Positions 60,425-64,000 of a stretch of 64,000 nucleotides of DNA are shown one piece after another; positions within the stretch are counted from its first letter, which is position 1, and each line of letters opens with the position of its first letter. Both the position numbers and the translations under genes were made by a program. The DNA is from a virus: positions 1 to 64,000 of IMG/VR virus record IMGVR_UViG_3300008267_000265; one strand, written 5' to 3'. The notes below the pieces were generated by a model. That model had not been told where the DNA came from. It saw only the letters and a program-made list of their open reading frames with translations, and searched no databases.

Positions 60425-61081
60425 TTATGATCTTGTTATTTGAACTGGGATAAATAATCTTGCACCTGAATCGCGGCCGACAATTGTCAAGGTCGTGTAT
60501 AAGGTTGTATTGGAGCCGAATAAAGTATTCACAGTCGTTGCTGTAATGTTAATACTTGTACCAATCACCGTCTTAGATACTTCTGTTCCAACTGTTTGAG
60601 TAGCGGCATTCAAGGTTGTTGCCTGAGCTGTGTTGATACCAACTCCGTTAAATGCTGCAGTTGTTCTCACATCTCCAATTGTTGCAACATATCCTGATTG
60701 CTCGAAGGTCGAAGTTGCACCTAGGTAATTAAGAGTTTGTGGTGTTATTGTAGTTGAGCCACCTTGTGGTAAAATGATTGACGGTCTACCTGCAGTAATT
60801 ACAGGCAACTTAGCTGTTCCTCTCGGTAATGTGATTAGCTTGTACTTCATAATCTCATTTGACTGAGGGAATGCTTGTACAATTGGCATATTCTCAATAG
60901 CTTCTCCGTAGAACGCTGATCCGGATGGATGGTTTGGATTATACAAAGTGTAATCAACTTCGTCATCCGATAGTGAAAATTGTGTAATTTGAAATGAACC
61001 GTTATTCTGTGCTAGTAGTTCTCGACCTTTGTCAGTCAATATAGCATCTACAACAACCGATGTGTTACTTAAATATCCCAT
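60425..61081 (-). CDS. Baseplate structural protein
   Basis: MGYL...DAILTDKGRELLA...ITQFSLSDDEVDY. Confidence 0.65.
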   Translation of the reverse strand: MGYLSNTSVVVDAILTDKGRELLAQNNGSFQITQFSLSDDEVDYTLYNPNHPSGSAFYGEAIENMPIVQAFPQSNEIMKYKLITLPRGTAKLPVITAGRPSIILPQGGSTTITPQTLNYLGATSTFEQSGYVATIGDVRTTAAFNGVGINTAQATTLNAATQTVGTEVSKTVIGTSINITATTVNTLFGSNTTLYTTLTIVGRDSGARLFIPVQITRS

Positions 61082-61138
61082 GTTTTAATTGTTTTTCTTC
61101 TTATAAATATATGGTTTAGTCAAAAGTTCTATTATTTA

Positions 61139-64000
61139 CTACCCTGGTGTATTTTGATTTTCCAATAATTGTGATTGTATCGCAGATTGCAGTGTATTAA
61201 TTTGAGCTGTTACAGTCGGGTTCGTTTGATCTGGTATTAGGAATCCGTACGATGTTGCTCCTGTTTGTTTGTTAAAAGTCAATACTATGTTTTGTTCGTC
61301 TTTATATTTTCTTAAAATTAGAACTCTTGTGATTAGAGATGGATCATTTACCCAATTTGTTACGACATTAGGTACAACATCTACTACCATTGATCTTGGC
61401 GATGTTGGCGATGTTTGCTGTATTTGTGACGAGAGTACCTCATATGTCTGAGTTGTACCGTTGTCGTCCTGTAATACCATCGTATCACCTGCTATTGGAG
61501 CCATTTGTGAGTTCACATCCCCATACTGCGTGTATAAGCTGCTTGAATAAATCGTTGATCCTGATTCAAAATAAGGAACAAATTCATAATCAGTATACTG
61601 CGATATGGAGTTGTTAAATGTAATAGATGCTTCTGCTGTTGTCGTATTTATGATACTGGTTATAAAACCTGATCCTGCTGATGCAGATGCATACGTTGTG
61701 CCACCTCCTGCTGTTATAGCTGTAAGTAAACTATTCTGGCCTGGTGCTACAGATGCTGTGTATCTGGATGTTGATGGTATAAACCGATACTTAAATTCAA
61801 CGTAATCAGACGGCTCTAATCGTATAGGTGTACTCGTTTGATCGAATGTTAGAGTTTTGAATAATCCTGGGTTTGTAACACCTTGCAGGGTGTCATGAAC
61901 AAAATATGGATTGATTGGTGACGGTTGCTCATTCCATAGTGGTAAATTTCTAGCAAATATTGGATTATTTAAGTCTGAACTTCTTCTTACAATTCCAGGC
62001 TGAACGATAGTTTGAAAGCCGGTGGAAGTTCTAGCTATTAGCGTATAATTTTGTAGCTCTATCCACGATCCTGGAGTTCCCATTGACTGTCCTAACAATG
62101 TCTGAGTAGCGTTCTGTATGTATGGACTTTTCCGATATGTAGTGAAAGGTCCAGCTAGGAAAGTCACTGGGCCAGATGGTGCAGCTACTATAGCGTTTGT
62201 TTGGTTCTGGGTACTACCATACCATAAAAATAATACGGTTGGTACTGGTGGATCTTGCGTAGCAGTTACTATACTACTCGTAGTGTAGTAGTTAGAGCCA
62301 CCGTTCTTTGCTAGTTGCCACTGCAACTGTGCTGTTTGACCAACATTAGTAAACTGTACCGATATTAGAAGCTTTGTTCTAAAACTTTTAATTGCTGCTT
62401 GAGATGCTGTAAATTTTGGAAATGCTGGAGCTGTTTTGCTTCCCGTCTCGTAGCCTGTTCCAGAATCGAATGCTCCAAAGAAATTGTATACTATATTATT
62501 TGGACCTGTTGGTTTGTAAAAAGGTGTTGGAACACCTGATATATAAGAGTTATCTTCCGGGAATGGTGCAGGAATTGGACTGTTAGTTGCTACGAAAGTA
62601 TCTGATTCCCCCTCACCAGCATACTGAAAATATAAATCAGTATCCGTAGATGTATTGTAGTATAGTCTCGGCGTATACGAATACCCACTATTAAAGACTC
62701 TTTTTACACCGTCCGTTGATGATTGGTTGCCATACTTTTGACTATCGAACTGCTTAATTGTTAGCGTTGTTCCTGCTATAAATGTGTTTTGTACATCCTG
62801 CCAATTCTTATTATTTTGATTCAATTCTAACAATCCGCCTGATACATCTGCCAAGTATGCCATCTTAGCATTTACTTTACCTGGTAGGAATGAGCTTGTT
62901 TCTATCTGAGTAAAGAATCCTAACTTATTGGTATAGTGGTTTATTACAGGCTCGTTTCCGTATGATAAGTCGCCGTTAGTGTATACGTTGTATCTCCTGC
63001 CTATCAATGTCGATCCGCTATATCTTGCATTTATCGAGGATTGTAAGTAATAGTTGAAGTCTTGTAGCTGTGCATATTGTGAGTACGGTTGTTGACTCTG
63101 TATAACCGATCCTGTCAAAGCAGTTTCCTCTAGTGACTTTGTTATTAGTCCGTAGTTAACTGGAGTAGCTTGTGATCCATTGTAGTCTAGATCTAAAAAT
63201 CTTTGCGATAGTATTGCTCCCGATACATTCTCAAATAACGGACTCACTGAGTAGGTTGTGAACATTATTTGCGACCTACCTCGAATAGATGATGTTGGTG
63301 GATTACTGTACGTTGATGTTTCTTGTTGATCGAAGGGTTGCTCGACCATTAAGATACTACTACCACTAAGCTCTCCGTTATACTGCTGTACGTTATCAGT
63401 TGATGCTACGTAGACTGTTCCAGGAGCTAGTGCTAGTGGAGCAGATGCTGTGTAATTATATTGTACTGGGATTGCTTGAATATATCCTGTTGATGTTGTT
63501 ATACATCCTCCTCCTGAGCCCGATACGATCACCATTTGATAGTACCCCTCATTGGAGCTCGTTATGTACGTAGGCTCGTGTCTTGGGTACTTATTTCTTT
63601 CAAGTAAATGCGATTTGATTATAATACCGGTTGCTGCGCTTGATCTTGCAGGTACCCAATCTCTTAGCATTTTGAAAAGAGAGTTGTTATAGTATTTAAT
63701 CAATCTAATAAAATCCCAAACATTGTATCTACTTGTGTAATTTGCAGCAAAGTACGCATCTTTTAAGTTCTCTAATGGCGTATAGGAGCTTGAATACTGT
63801 AGTTGCGGATCACCTATCAGCTGCATTATGTTGAAATAACCTGGCTGGGCTGATGATGTTATCATTCCAGATGAGGTTATTGCTGCGTTAATGGAATCGG
63901 CAGGTGAGAAACCTATTTCGAGATCAATAGAGCTCTTCATTAAATTATTCTGATAAAGCTGTATTGTTGTGTTGGTAGTTAGTAGATCCGACTTTATTTG
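61139..64000 (-). CDS. Large baseplate wedge-like protein, 5'-partial
   Basis: Frame stays open to the window edge; DFIRLIKYYNNSLF...VPARS...GIIIKSHLLERNK. Confidence 0.65.
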   Translation of the reverse strand, partial: QIKSDLLTTNTTIQLYQNNLMKSSIDLEIGFSPADSINAAITSSGMITSSAQPGYFNIMQLIGDPQLQYSSSYTPLENLKDAYFAANYTSRYNVWDFIRLIKYYNNSLFKMLRDWVPARSSAATGIIIKSHLLERNKYPRHEPTYITSSNEGYYQMVIVSGSGGGCITTSTGYIQAIPVQYNYTASAPLALAPGTVYVASTDNVQQYNGELSGSSILMVEQPFDQQETSTYSNPPTSSIRGRSQIMFTTYSVSPLFENVSGAILSQRFLDLDYNGSQATPVNYGLITKSLEETALTGSVIQSQQPYSQYAQLQDFNYYLQSSINARYSGSTLIGRRYNVYTNGDLSYGNEPVINHYTNKLGFFTQIETSSFLPGKVNAKMAYLADVSGGLLELNQNNKNWQDVQNTFIAGTTLTIKQFDSQKYGNQSSTDGVKRVFNSGYSYTPRLYYNTSTDTDLYFQYAGEGESDTFVATNSPIPAPFPEDNSYISGVPTPFYKPTGPNNIVYNFFGAFDSGTGYETGSKTAPAFPKFTASQAAIKSFRTKLLISVQFTNVGQTAQLQWQLAKNGGSNYYTTSSIVTATQDPPVPTVLFLWYGSTQNQTNAIVAAPSGPVTFLAGPFTTYRKSPYIQNATQTLLGQSMGTPGSWIELQNYTLIARTSTGFQTIVQPGIVRRSSDLNNPIFARNLPLWNEQPSPINPYFVHDTLQGVTNPGLFKTLTFDQTSTPIRLEPSDYVEFKYRFIPSTSRYTASVAPGQNSLLTAITAGGGTTYASASAGSGFITSIINTTTAEASITFNNSISQYTDYEFVPYFESGSTIYSSSLYTQYGDVNSQMAPIAGDTMVLQDDNGTTQTYEVLSSQIQQTSPTSPRSMVVDVVPNVVTNWVNDPSLITRVLILRKYKDEQNIVLTFNKQTGATSYGFLIPDQTNPTVTAQINTLQSAIQSQLLENQNTPG

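Noticed and set aside
317-61805. Many plus-strand ORFs in the track
   Set aside because: All are antisense shadows of long minus-strand genes, driven by repetitive codon use, with no recognisable motifs
1-64000. Stop-codon reassignment as a cause of the broken genes
   Set aside because: Core genes are full length in the standard code, TAG and TGA end genes normally, and the breaks are frame changes, not in-frame stops
1-64000. tRNA, integrase or invertase-driven shufflon
   Set aside because: Intergenic gaps are short with no cloverleaf seen; no recombinase gene or inverted cassette

Overview
A 64-kb segment of a large, AT-rich, T4-like myovirus genome. Essentially all credible genes are on the minus strand. 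A Bacteroidota host is plausible because starts have A-rich leaders without Shine-Dalgarno sites (inference). In transcription order (right to left) it holds: baseplate proteins; an accessory cassette (poly-Thr protein, DUF285/BspA-type repeat protein, two repeat fibres, two glycosyltransferase-like genes); T7-type endonuclease I, primase and YqaJ exonuclease; a cluster of probable internal head proteins; terminase, portal, prohead protease, scaffold and major capsid protein; PhoH; neck and tail-terminator genes; long Ser/Thr-rich fibres; three tandem Gly-rich paralogues; sheath, tube, tail chaperone pair, tape measure and baseplate genes. Main observations: (1) a possible virion O-glycosylation system; (2) a shared leader and protease-site pattern on about 12 head cargo proteins; (3) a U9 frameshift site in the tail chaperone; (4) a TATTTAT motif before about 23 genes, the reverse complement of the T4 late promoter; (5) about 8 short internal deletions in essential genes, most likely assembly or scaffolding errors, one of which produces the apparent scaffold-capsid fusion. 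All family assignments come from motif recognition, not database searches.
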